Shown here: positions 8,045-17,203 of the stretch, piece by piece
Layout: each line of letters opens with the position of its first letter
How positions within the stretch are numbered: the first letter of the stretch is position 1
From: Candidatus Limnocylindrales bacterium
GTDB lineage: Bacteria > Chloroflexota > Limnocylindria > Limnocylindrales > CSP1-4
Length of the DNA: 64,000 nt
Assembly (NCBI GenBank): GCA_038214375.1
Contig: JBBQRX010000012.1
Coordinates: 6,871 to 70,870, forward strand
Reading direction: 5' to 3'
Notes under the pieces: model-generated
What the model was told of the DNA's origin: nothing
Database searches by the model: none
Seen by the model: only the letters and a program-made list of their open reading frames with translations
Translations under genes and position numbers: made by a program

Positions 8045-8477
8045 TCTCGCGCGCGAGCCGGTCCCGGCCCGATGGCTCGTCCACCTCGGCGCCCGCGCGC
8101 TCGGCCCGCTCCGCCCGGCGACCGTCCACCTCCGCGTGCGTGAGCCGCGTCACCTCCGCCTGGTAGGCGGCGACATTCGGGTCGGGCCCGAGGTCCGTGA
8201 AGCCCTTCTCACCCAGCTCCCTGCCCGGCGCAACGCGGCAGGCGTGCGCCATGAGCGCGAAGTACGGCACGTGGGCCCAGACACGGTCGCGCCGGTCGTA
8301 GTAGTCGGTGACCGGGCGGCGCCTCCGGTCCCCGCAGCGGTTGCAGATCAGCTCGGAGCAGTAGCAGGCGGACACCGCGCCGTCGGGGGTCGTGCCGCGG
8401 GCCTCGCCGCAGGTCGCGCAGATCCGGAGCCCGCGCGGCAGTGGACGCACCGCGGCACGGTCGGTCGATCGGGACAT
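8025..8477 (-). CDS. 150-aa Cys-rich (zinc-ribbon-like) protein with a charged helical tail
   Basis: Track ORF 8025-8495 (GTG start). I prefer ATG 8477, preceded by GGAGACGAGGA. Sequence LPRGLRICATCGEARG...SACYCSELICNRCGD...YFALMAHAC. A candidate -10 TAGAAT lies at 8609-8604 upstream. Confidence 0.65.
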   Translation of the reverse strand: MSRSTDRAAVRPLPRGLRICATCGEARGTTPDGAVSACYCSELICNRCGDRRRRPVTDYYDRRDRVWAHVPYFALMAHACRVAPGRELGEKGFTDLGPDPNVAAYQAEVTRLTHAEVDGRRAERAERAGAEVDEPSGRDRLARESRRLKA

Positions 8478-8773
8478 TCCTCGTCTCCATCGCACCTGGC
8501 GGGAGCACCGCGCCGATCGAGGAACCGGCCGGTTGCTGCGGGGTCATCGAGCCAGATCTCTCGCCCGCTCTGGATGGGCCACCGCGTTCGGTGGGACTTG
8601 TGAATTCTACCGCGAATCGGTCGCCTTTACGAGCGAAATGCAGTCCTCGGCTCGATCTCCAGGAGGGCGCCGTTAAGGTGGATTCCGTGCGCGTCGCCCT
8701 CCGTCGACCGTTATTGAACCGCGTGGCCGGGCTCCCGAGACCAAAGGCCAACCGCGTCGAGCTGGGGCGACGG

Positions 8774-10255
8774 TTACGCGGAATCGAGCCTCGACGGCAG
8801 CTTCAGCTTGATCCCGTCCCGGATCGCCACGATCGGGTTGACGAGGGCGTTCGTGCGCTGGAGCAGCTCCTCGGCCACCTCGCGCGACGAGAAGTCCATG
8901 TCGGCAGTCCAACGCCTCGCGTAGTTGAGGATGCGGATCATCGGACCGAAGGCGTCGCCGGTTGCTGCCGCAAGGCCTGACAGGTAGTCGTTGCGGTAGC
9001 CCGTCGGGATGACGATCCGGACCTCGCCTGCCACCGAGAGCTCGGCATTCATGGCCATCCGCGCCGAGCGGCCGTTGCCATCGGCGAAGGGGTGGACCTC
9101 CGCGACAAGGAAGTGCACGAACACCGCGCGAGCAAACGGGTCTGAGATCCGGCCGCCGACCGCGAAGCCGCGCAACAGGGTCCCCTCGATCGAGGGCCAG
9201 CGTGAGAACGGCGTCCCGCCGGCGTGGACCTCTATCTCGCGGAAGCGCCCCGGATCGTTTTCGGGCCGGGCGGCCATGAGAATCTCGTGGCGCGCGAGGA
9301 GCAGATCGACGAACTCCTCGGGCGATGCAGGAGTGCGGGCGAGCCAGGTGGGATCGGTCACCAGCCGGTATGTCGAGAAGACGTCGTGCGCATCCTCGGG
9401 ACGCTGTGGCGGAATGCGCCGCTCGAAGATGATCCTCGCGGCCTCCTCGAGGGTGAACTCGGTGCCCTCGATGTAGTTGGAGAAGTACGCCTCGTAGAAC
9501 GGGAGCAGCACTCGCTGCCCGGCCAGGCCAGGGGACGCGAGCACCGGATCCGGGGCCTGGCCCTCGAGGTGCCGCGCGAGGGCCTCAACCCGGGTCAGCC
9601 GCAGTTCGTCGATCGGCTGGCCGGCGCCGCGGGCCTGGAGCGCCCGGGTCCTCAGACCCGTGGCAGGGCCGGTGCCGAGGGTCGCCCGGATGATCGACTC
9701 GAGTTGCTCGGAGGCCGTGCGACGCCGGATCGAACCGGCGATGCGTTTCGCCTCGTCGCGCACGCTATTCAGGTATCGAATGCCGTCCCGTCGCGAGGCG
9801 AGCTGCTCGATCCAGCGTTCGAGATCCTCCCGGGCGAGAAGCCGCGTGCTCGGCTCGGCAAGGTTGTCGAGCAGGCCTCGCGCATCCGAGCTGAACCAGG
9901 TGCCTTCCGGCATCTCGTGGTCGGTTGGCAGCGGGCCAGGCCCGTCGCGGGGCTCAATCCGCAGGCCGGGCAGGTCGAGTGAGCTGCGGCGGGAGTGGAC
10001 GACGAGGAGGCGACCGTCGTGCGGCGCGAGCCAGCGCGCCGAGGCGTCGGCGACGAGGGCTCCCGGGAACTCCCGGGCCAGAATCCGCTGCCAGTTGCGC
10101 CCGACGACCGCGCGGGCGTCAAGGCCTGCCGCGACGTAGATTCCCTTCGCGATCCGAAAGACCTCGCCTGCCGAGGCCGCCCGGCTGACCACGGCGGCGT
10201 TGTAGTCGCGCGACCAGAAGATCTCGGGCCACCGTCGGCGGGGCATCGGAGACAT
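8774..10255 (-). CDS. fic: Fic/DOC-family protein with a long N-terminal extension (AbiEi-antitoxin-like impression)
   Basis: Track ORF 8774-10324. Start at ATG 10255 or 10246. The canonical Fic motif HPFADGNGRSARMAMN is present. The N-terminal ~130 aa (RDYNAAVVSRAASAGEVFRIAKGIYV...) resemble AbiEi-type N-terminal domains. Confidence 0.85.
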   Translation of the reverse strand: MSPMPRRRWPEIFWSRDYNAAVVSRAASAGEVFRIAKGIYVAAGLDARAVVGRNWQRILAREFPGALVADASARWLAPHDGRLLVVHSRRSSLDLPGLRIEPRDGPGPLPTDHEMPEGTWFSSDARGLLDNLAEPSTRLLAREDLERWIEQLASRRDGIRYLNSVRDEAKRIAGSIRRRTASEQLESIIRATLGTGPATGLRTRALQARGAGQPIDELRLTRVEALARHLEGQAPDPVLASPGLAGQRVLLPFYEAYFSNYIEGTEFTLEEAARIIFERRIPPQRPEDAHDVFSTYRLVTDPTWLARTPASPEEFVDLLLARHEILMAARPENDPGRFREIEVHAGGTPFSRWPSIEGTLLRGFAVGGRISDPFARAVFVHFLVAEVHPFADGNGRSARMAMNAELSVAGEVRIVIPTGYRNDYLSGLAAATGDAFGPMIRILNYARRWTADMDFSSREVAEELLQRTNALVNPIVAIRDGIKLKLPSRLDSA

Positions 10256-10348
10256 GCAAAGAACCTGCGCTGGAGCCGCCCTGGTGGCGGTCGTCTGCAA
10301 GGAATATGCGCTCAACGCCCCCAACAGTCAAGGTTTGTGCGCTGAAGT

Positions 10349-10798
10349 CTACGGCGCCGGCGATGGCGCCTGGGCGGCGCGGACGATCGCGAACCCCTCG
10401 CGCTCGGCTGCCTGGGCGAGCCGCTCGTCGAGCGTGACGAGAGCAAGGCTTGCCGGTTGGCCCTCGGCCGCCACGATCGCCGCCGCGAGCTGGAGCGAGT
10501 CGGCGGTGCGCAGCGAGTGGACGCGAAGGAGTCGGATCGCCGTCTCGCGAACGGCGGTCACCGGCTGCACCTCGCGCCAGGCTCGCGCGAGGGCCCGGAG
10601 TCTCCGGAGGCTTTCGGTCATCGAGGCAGGGGGAAGGCTGCCTTCCCGTTCGAGCCGAGTGAGGGCCGACACGCACTCGACCTCGGTTGCCCACCAGGCG
10701 ACGATCTCGGGATCCAGCTCGTACTCCCCCATCACGGCGGTGCTCGACCGTTCGGATACCAGCAGCGGGACGATCGCCGAGCTGTCCCAGAACCTCAC
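10349..10798 (-). CDS. vapC: PIN-domain toxin (VapC-like)
   Basis: MRFWDSSAIVPLLV...TADSLQLAAAI...; acidic residues are placed as in PIN domains. It overlaps the upstream antitoxin by 4 nt. Confidence 0.85.
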   Translation of the reverse strand: MRFWDSSAIVPLLVSERSSTAVMGEYELDPEIVAWWATEVECVSALTRLEREGSLPPASMTESLRRLRALARAWREVQPVTAVRETAIRLLRVHSLRTADSLQLAAAIVAAEGQPASLALVTLDERLAQAAEREGFAIVRAAQAPSPAP

Positions 10799-11088
10799 CG
10801 CCCGGATCGCCGTTCGGCCAGGAGCGTCTCGAGCGCGCTGGCTCCGGGTGCGAGTGCCGGTGCGGGCATGCGAAGGAGCTCGAGCGGCGGAGGGACGTCG
10901 CCGACGCGGATAAGACCGGCCCGCTCCAGCCGGCGCAGGCGGCCGGTCGGATCAGCAAACCCCGTGACCGGCTCCAGTCGCGCCACCGGCACGCCTCGGT
11001 CCAGGATGAGGATGCTCTCCCCGCCCCGGACCCGGTCGATGAGCGCGCTGAGCCCGTTCTTCGCTTCGGTGATGGTGGCCGTATTCAT
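10795..11088 (-). CDS. Phd/YefM-type antitoxin
   Basis: MNTATITEAKNGLSALIDRVRGGESILILDRGVPVARL... is a typical Phd/YefM N-terminus. It has a 4-nt overlap with the PIN gene. Confidence 0.85.
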   Translation of the reverse strand: MNTATITEAKNGLSALIDRVRGGESILILDRGVPVARLEPVTGFADPTGRLRRLERAGLIRVGDVPPPLELLRMPAPALAPGASALETLLAERRSGR

Positions 11089-11106
11089 ATGGCTATTATA
11101 GCCATC

Positions 11107-11265
11107 TCATGATGAATGATCAAGGAAGACCCGTGCGACCGGTTCGTCGCGGCGACTCAGGTCGCCGTTCGACAGGCCTGTGTATCCCGCAGCCTTCGCG
11201 GTCGAAACCTCATACCGGGAAAGCACGCCCGCGAGGGCAGCCGGAAGCATCTCATCGAGGAGGAC
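11107..11265 (-). pseudogene. truncated PIN-like (DUF5615/Mut7-C-like) partner of the DUF433 gene
   Basis: My translation is LKVLLDEMLPAALAGVLSRYEVSTAKAAGYTGLSNGDLSRRDEPVARVFLDHSS*. It resembles the N-terminal half of DUF5615 proteins. There is no ATG/GTG/TTG start, and it stops about 50-60 aa early, next to the Phd gene. Confidence 0.4.
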
Positions 11266-11267
11266 CT

Positions 11268-11495
11268 TCAGGCGGGGACTGCCGCGTCCTCGGTCCGCTG
11301 CCTCGCCGTCTCCAACACGGCCACTGCCTGCTTGCGGGTCACGGTTGGAAACTGACGCAGGAACTCGTCGAGGGTGTCCCCTGCTTCGAGGTACTCGAAC
11401 AGGGTGTCAACCGGAACGCGGGTACCGGCGAACACCGTGGCCCCCCATGCCCGATCAGCCGAACGGGTGACCAAGGGCTTCGATGTCGCCACCAT
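11268..11495 (-). CDS. DUF433-domain protein (antitoxin-like)
   Basis: Track ORF 11268-11582. Start at ATG 11495 (MVATSKPLVTRSADRAWGATVFAGTRVPVDTLFEYLEAGDTLDEFLRQFPTVTRKQ...), which matches the DUF433 pattern. Confidence 0.75.
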   Translation of the reverse strand: MVATSKPLVTRSADRAWGATVFAGTRVPVDTLFEYLEAGDTLDEFLRQFPTVTRKQAVAVLETARQRTEDAAVPA

Positions 11496-11677
11496 GTCAC
11501 CTCCTGTCCGCGACGGGCCGGGCGCTCCTCCCGCGCAGTTCGACCGTGCTTTGCCGGAGTCTACCGGATGGCTGCGAGGCATCCAGCTGCGGTCGCTGTC
11601 GCACGCGGTTCCAATCGCAGTTTCCAGGCTCGGGCGGCCGTCACCAGCGACGGACGGCCCTCGCGAGGCGGGCCGGG

Positions 11678-11926
11678 CTACGCCCCCTCTTCGACCTCGA
11701 ACAGCGTGTGCGCCTCGAGCCCATGGGCCTCCCGATGGACGCGTGTAGCGGTCTCCTTGTCGGGGGCATCGACGAGGCAGAACACCTTGCCCTCCTTCTC
11801 GTCGACCCAGTAGTGCTTGTAATTGACCCCGTACTGCTCCTGGATGCGGAGATCGGCCTCGTGGGCGCCGACGACGTCGGCCGCCTTCACCCCCGGGATG
11901 TCGTGCATGTCCATGTAGGTCGGCAT
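11678..11926 (-). CDS. DUF4242 / SCO4226-like small protein
   Basis: Track ORF 11678-11989. Start at ATG 11926 (MPTYMDMHDIPGVKAADVVGAHEADL...GVNYKHYWVDEKEGKVFCLVDAPDKE...). Confidence 0.75.
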   Translation of the reverse strand: MPTYMDMHDIPGVKAADVVGAHEADLRIQEQYGVNYKHYWVDEKEGKVFCLVDAPDKETATRVHREAHGLEAHTLFEVEEGA

Positions 11927-12113
11927 GGAGTCCCCCCTCGAACTGTGGCGCCGACGATCGGGTCGGCGCGGATCGGGCGAGTCTGCCACGCGCCGCCGCC
12001 CGGAGTCCAGCCCGTTGCGTCCGATTGCGTCGTGGCTTCGAATGCCAGGCTAGCGGCTCCGCTGCCCGCCGATCGACGCCGGGCCCCTGTTCGGTGCCGG
12101 ACGCGAGCGTCGG

Positions 12114-13139
12114 TCAGCCTTCGACCGGGGCCAGGTAGAGGAACAAGCCGTCGCGTCCCGGGTAGTGGCCTTCCGGCCGTGCCCAGGGAAGGTAGTTGCG
12201 AATCATCTCGGCCGAGTCCTGGAATGTTCCGGGCGGATCCGACCGACCCCAGATCGTCGAGATGCGGGGATACCACGCGTCGAGGATGTACGTGCCGCTG
12301 ATCTTCGCATTGCCGACGACGAGTGGGTCGGCGTCGCCGCGGTAGCCGGTCATGACCCACGCGTGGGCGCCCCACCAGACGAACAGGATGATCGGCTTGC
12401 CGGTCCGCGACAGCGTCGCAGCCGCATCCCGGAGCGCAGCCAGACGGGTCACAGCCGTGCGCAGCTCGTACTGCACGCCGGACAGGTCCGCGATGACCGT
12501 GGCCATGCCGACAGGCCCGGCAAGGCCATCGTGGCTGTCGACGCGCGTCGTCGCCGCGGCGATCCGCGCGCGGATCCGGGTCTGGAAAACGAGGCTGGTG
12601 TCGGTCGTGCCGGTCAGCAGCTCGACGGCCATCTGGACCGCGGCCGACGCGCACATCGTGTCGGTCTCCTCGCTCGCGAAGATCGCCTTCGCCGTGTGCG
12701 CGGACACGATGGTGCGGTCGACCGGCACGCGCGCGGGGGACGGGCTCGCTGCGGGCGTCGCGGCCGAGGGCTGGGGCGGTGGCGCGCTCGTGAGGGGCGC
12801 GGGCGGCGCGGGCGACGGCGGAACGGACGAGGGCGCCGCGGACGCCGGCGTCGCAGACCCGAGCGCGGCCATCAACGTCGGCGCGGCGGTCGGAGTTGGC
12901 GCGGGCGATGCTGCGGCGCCCAGCTCGCCGATCGCAGCTGCCCCGAACACGACGGTGACCACGAGGGCGGCCAGGAGGAGGGCCATGAGTCCGAGATCGG
13001 AATTCGCGCCCTGTCCGGGCCCCGACCGGTGCCGCCGACCGTGCGGCGGCGGCTCGCGCACGCCTGCGGGCTCGAAGTACGCGAAGGAACGGCCACCGTC
13101 CACGTCGGTCCGGGACCCAGGTCGGCGAGTGTCGCTCAC
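12114..13139 (-). CDS. membrane-anchored putative papain-like/C39-like cysteine peptidase-fold protein
   Basis: GTG start at 13139. It has a TM helix LMALLLAALVVTVVFGAAAIG and an Ala/Pro/Ser-rich linker. The domain carries a candidate Cys (TMCASAAVQM) and His (GAHAWVMTGY), as in its neighbour 13201-14583. Confidence 0.6.
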   Translation of the reverse strand: MSDTRRPGSRTDVDGGRSFAYFEPAGVREPPPHGRRHRSGPGQGANSDLGLMALLLAALVVTVVFGAAAIGELGAAASPAPTPTAAPTLMAALGSATPASAAPSSVPPSPAPPAPLTSAPPPQPSAATPAASPSPARVPVDRTIVSAHTAKAIFASEETDTMCASAAVQMAVELLTGTTDTSLVFQTRIRARIAAATTRVDSHDGLAGPVGMATVIADLSGVQYELRTAVTRLAALRDAAATLSRTGKPIILFVWWGAHAWVMTGYRGDADPLVVGNAKISGTYILDAWYPRISTIWGRSDPPGTFQDSAEMIRNYLPWARPEGHYPGRDGLFLYLAPVEG

Positions 13140-13200
13140 GCGTGAATGATCGCCGACCGCCGACGCATTCGGCGAAGGGGTTCGTGCAGACCGCGCCGAG

Positions 13201-14583
<1,383 letters not shown>

Positions 14584-14972
14584 GGGAGTCTGCCCCACGA
14601 GTCGATCGCCGGGATCCCGTGGGTCGGCTGCGTCGCTCCGTGGTCCAGACGCTCGACCGCGAGCCCGATCGATGCGCCGCTCCGGCGGCCTCCCGCGCCG
14701 ACCGAGCCGGCAATTGCGGTCCCGCCTCGGGAATGCGCGGCACCGGGCTCCTCGAGCTCGCACCGATGCGCTCCATCCGGGCGTTCCTCCGCGGCACGGT
14801 AGCCGGCGCCCCAAACGGAGCGCCGCCTCGTGTCGTCGTCGACGAACGCCCAGGCATGGCGGTCTCGAGGACAGGCACGACCCCTCCGGATCGAGGGTAC
14901 GGGCGCGGGCACGGTCCGCGGTCCATCCAGAAGTTCGCTCCGCCCGGACGAAGGTCGGGGCACCGCGCCGCC

Positions 14973-15036
14973 TCAGCTCGTGCGCACGGCCCGACGGGCG
15001 CGCGTCAGTTCGTGCGCACGGCCCGACGGACGCGCG
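14973..15036. repeat. 2 x 32-bp direct tandem repeat, each unit containing the palindrome CGTGCGCACG
   Basis: tcagctcgtgcgcacggcccgacgggcgcgcg followed by tcagttcgtgcgcacggcccgacggacgcgcg. It lies in a 570-bp gene-free stretch upstream of 13201-14583. Confidence 0.8.
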
Positions 15037-15155
15037 TCACCACGGGCGCCCGTCCCCAGGGGCGCTCGTCCCTCGCCCGTTGACGAGGTACGTTCTTCGA
15101 CCCTTCGACAGCGTCTCCGACCGGCTCGGCTGCGAGTCCTACCCGGAGGGCTTGG

Positions 15156-15565
15156 TCACGAGTGGCTGGTCGCCCTCGGCTCGACGATCGCCGCGACACC
15201 GATCCCGGCGAGCTCCATGTCCTCGAGCTCGGACAGGCCGCTCACGGCGACGGCGCCGACGACCGAGCCGCCCACCACGACCGGCAGGCCGCCGCCCCAG
15301 CCGATGTAGCGCGGATCGCCGTAATAGGCCACAGGCTGATGAGCTCGCCGTGCGACGGGGACCGGTCCGCCACGCTCATCTCGCCAACCTTCCCGCACCC
15401 GACGCCCGCCTCAGCGTTGCCCAGCTCGGCCGGGTCTTCGTCCCCTATCGGCCCCACGGCCGGATGGTGGAGCTGCGCAACCGGTACGTCCTCGTCCTGC
15501 CGATCCAGCCACGGATTCCGTCGCGACTCGAGGTCCGGCCCACCTGACGCGGGCCGCTGTGCCAA
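15156..15565 (-). pseudogene. GlcG/HbpS-like (DUF336) heme-binding-domain gene, apparently frameshifted or decayed
   Basis: Track ORF 15156-15398 encodes only the C-terminal half (...GWGGGLPVVVGGSVVGAVAVSGLSELEDMELAG...). A weakly matching N-terminal half (WLDRQDEDVPVAQL...) lies in another frame (ORF 15242-15565). Confidence 0.4.
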
Positions 15566-15678
15566 CTTGACGCGGGCCGCCGCCGACTGATGCGGGCCGC
15601 TGCCGAGACACCATTCTGACGGACTACCCTGCTGCTACACTTCCCAGGCGGGTTCGTTTCTGTCAGGAAGGAACTGCC

Positions 15679-16977
15679 ATGGCGCTTCGGCAGACGGCCA
15701 TGCTCGAGGTCAACGAGTTCCTGGTCCTGGACTTCGTCCGGGAGTTCCAGGAGACGACCCGGCCCGAGATTGCGCACGCGCTCGGGCTCAGCGCGTCGTC
15801 CGTCAGCCGCCTCGTGGCCAGGCTCATCCGCGAGGGCATGGTCCGGGAGACGGGTGCGGCGGGCCGCACCGGCGGCCGGCCCCGTGGCTGCATCGCATTC
15901 AATCGGCAGGCGGGCTGCGTGGTGGCGGTAGACCTCGGCGGGACCCGCTGCCACGGCGCGCTCGCAGATCTCGCCGGCGAGATCCTGGTCGAGGACGACC
16001 GGCCGAACCAGGCAGCCGGCGAGGCCTTTGCCACGGTGCTCGCCATCATCGCGGACCTCCGCCGGACGGCCGCCGAGCGGGGAATGCCCGTGGCCGCCGT
16101 CGCGGTCGGCGTGCCGGCCATCATCGATCCAGTGACCGGACGCGCGCTCGCCGGACCTCGCGTCGAGTGGCAGGACTTCGAGGTGGTGCGACGCCTCGGC
16201 GAAGCGATCGACGTCCCCGTGCTCGTCGACAACGATGCGAACCTGGCTGCCCTGGCCCACGCCTGGCGCGGCGAGGCGCGCGGAGTGGACAACTTCGTGA
16301 CCGTCTCGATCGGCACCGGGATCGGTGGAGCGGTGGTGGCCGACGGCCGCCTTGTCAAGGGTCACCACAACGCCGGCGGCGAGATCGGCTACATCACCAC
16401 GGACCGGGCGCAGCTCGCTGAGGCGATCGACCGGGGCCTGGGCGGTTTCGAGGCGCTGGCCTCTGCCCCGGCGATCGCCGCACGCGCCCGGGACCGGCTG
16501 GCGGCAGCCGGTCGCGGCGGAGCCTGGGGCCCCGGCGAGATCACGGCCGAGCGGGTCTTCTCCGCGGCGGCGGCCGGCGACGACGTCGCGCTCACCGTCG
16601 TGAACGACGCGGTGGACCATCTCGCGCTGGTGCTCACGGCAATCGTGGCCACCGTGGACCCTGCCCTCATCGTCATCGACGGCAGCGTCGGGCGAGCCCT
16701 GGAGCCGTTCCTTCCGGCCATCCGCGCGCGACTCGCCATGCGTCTGCCGGTTCTGCCGACCATCGTCGTGTCCCGCCTGCCCTCGGCCACCGTCATCGGG
16801 GCGATCGCCGCCGCCCTCCAGCTGGCCCGTGAACGCCGCGCTCCGGGCGCGCTGTCCGAGGCCCTCCGGCACGGAGCGTGGCCGGCGACGGGCGTGCGGG
16901 GGCTCGGCCTCGTGCTCGCGACCGGTGCGGCGAGGCGAGCGAACGGCCGCGGCGCGATCGAACGGAGCCTCCCGTGA
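15679..16977 (+). CDS. ROK-family transcriptional regulator
   Basis: It has an N-terminal wHTH (LVLDFVREFQETTRPEIAHALGLSASSVSRLVARLIREGMV). ROK sugar-kinase-like motifs follow (VAVDLGGT..., DNDANLAALA..., SIGTGIGGAVV). Confidence 0.9.
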   Translation: MALRQTAMLEVNEFLVLDFVREFQETTRPEIAHALGLSASSVSRLVARLIREGMVRETGAAGRTGGRPRGCIAFNRQAGCVVAVDLGGTRCHGALADLAGEILVEDDRPNQAAGEAFATVLAIIADLRRTAAERGMPVAAVAVGVPAIIDPVTGRALAGPRVEWQDFEVVRRLGEAIDVPVLVDNDANLAALAHAWRGEARGVDNFVTVSIGTGIGGAVVADGRLVKGHHNAGGEIGYITTDRAQLAEAIDRGLGGFEALASAPAIAARARDRLAAAGRGGAWGPGEITAERVFSAAAAGDDVALTVVNDAVDHLALVLTAIVATVDPALIVIDGSVGRALEPFLPAIRARLAMRLPVLPTIVVSRLPSATVIGAIAAALQLARERRAPGALSEALRHGAWPATGVRGLGLVLATGAARRANGRGAIERSLP

Positions 16978-17203
16978 GTGGTCGGCTGCTCCCGGCCGCG
17001 AACGGCCCTCCTCTCATGGAGCCAATGCGCCGGCGGGCGGCTGAGACGAGCCCGTCCCGCCGGAGGTCCGCATCGGTGAGTCTGGCGCCGCCATTGGGTC
17101 GTTTGGCGCCGGCGAAGCCGCTCGACTCGCCGCGTCTCGGGCGGTCGGGCCAGGTGCTGAGGAGCCGGACGAACGGCTCGCAAACCAGGTGGAGGACGGA
17201 ACC

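Noticed and set aside
8209-8751. A 180-aa minus-strand ORF upstream of the Cys-rich gene.
   Set aside because: It overlaps the better-supported 8025-8477 frame and the promoter region. Its composition is Arg/Gly/Pro-rich and it has no SD.
14584-14980. A c-di-AMP (ydaO-type) riboswitch in the long leader of the exported hydrolase-like genes.
   Set aside because: My minus-strand reading lacks the conserved ydaO blocks I remember, for example the ...CAGCUAACCUCG... type core and the paired GGGGA/CCCGA elements.
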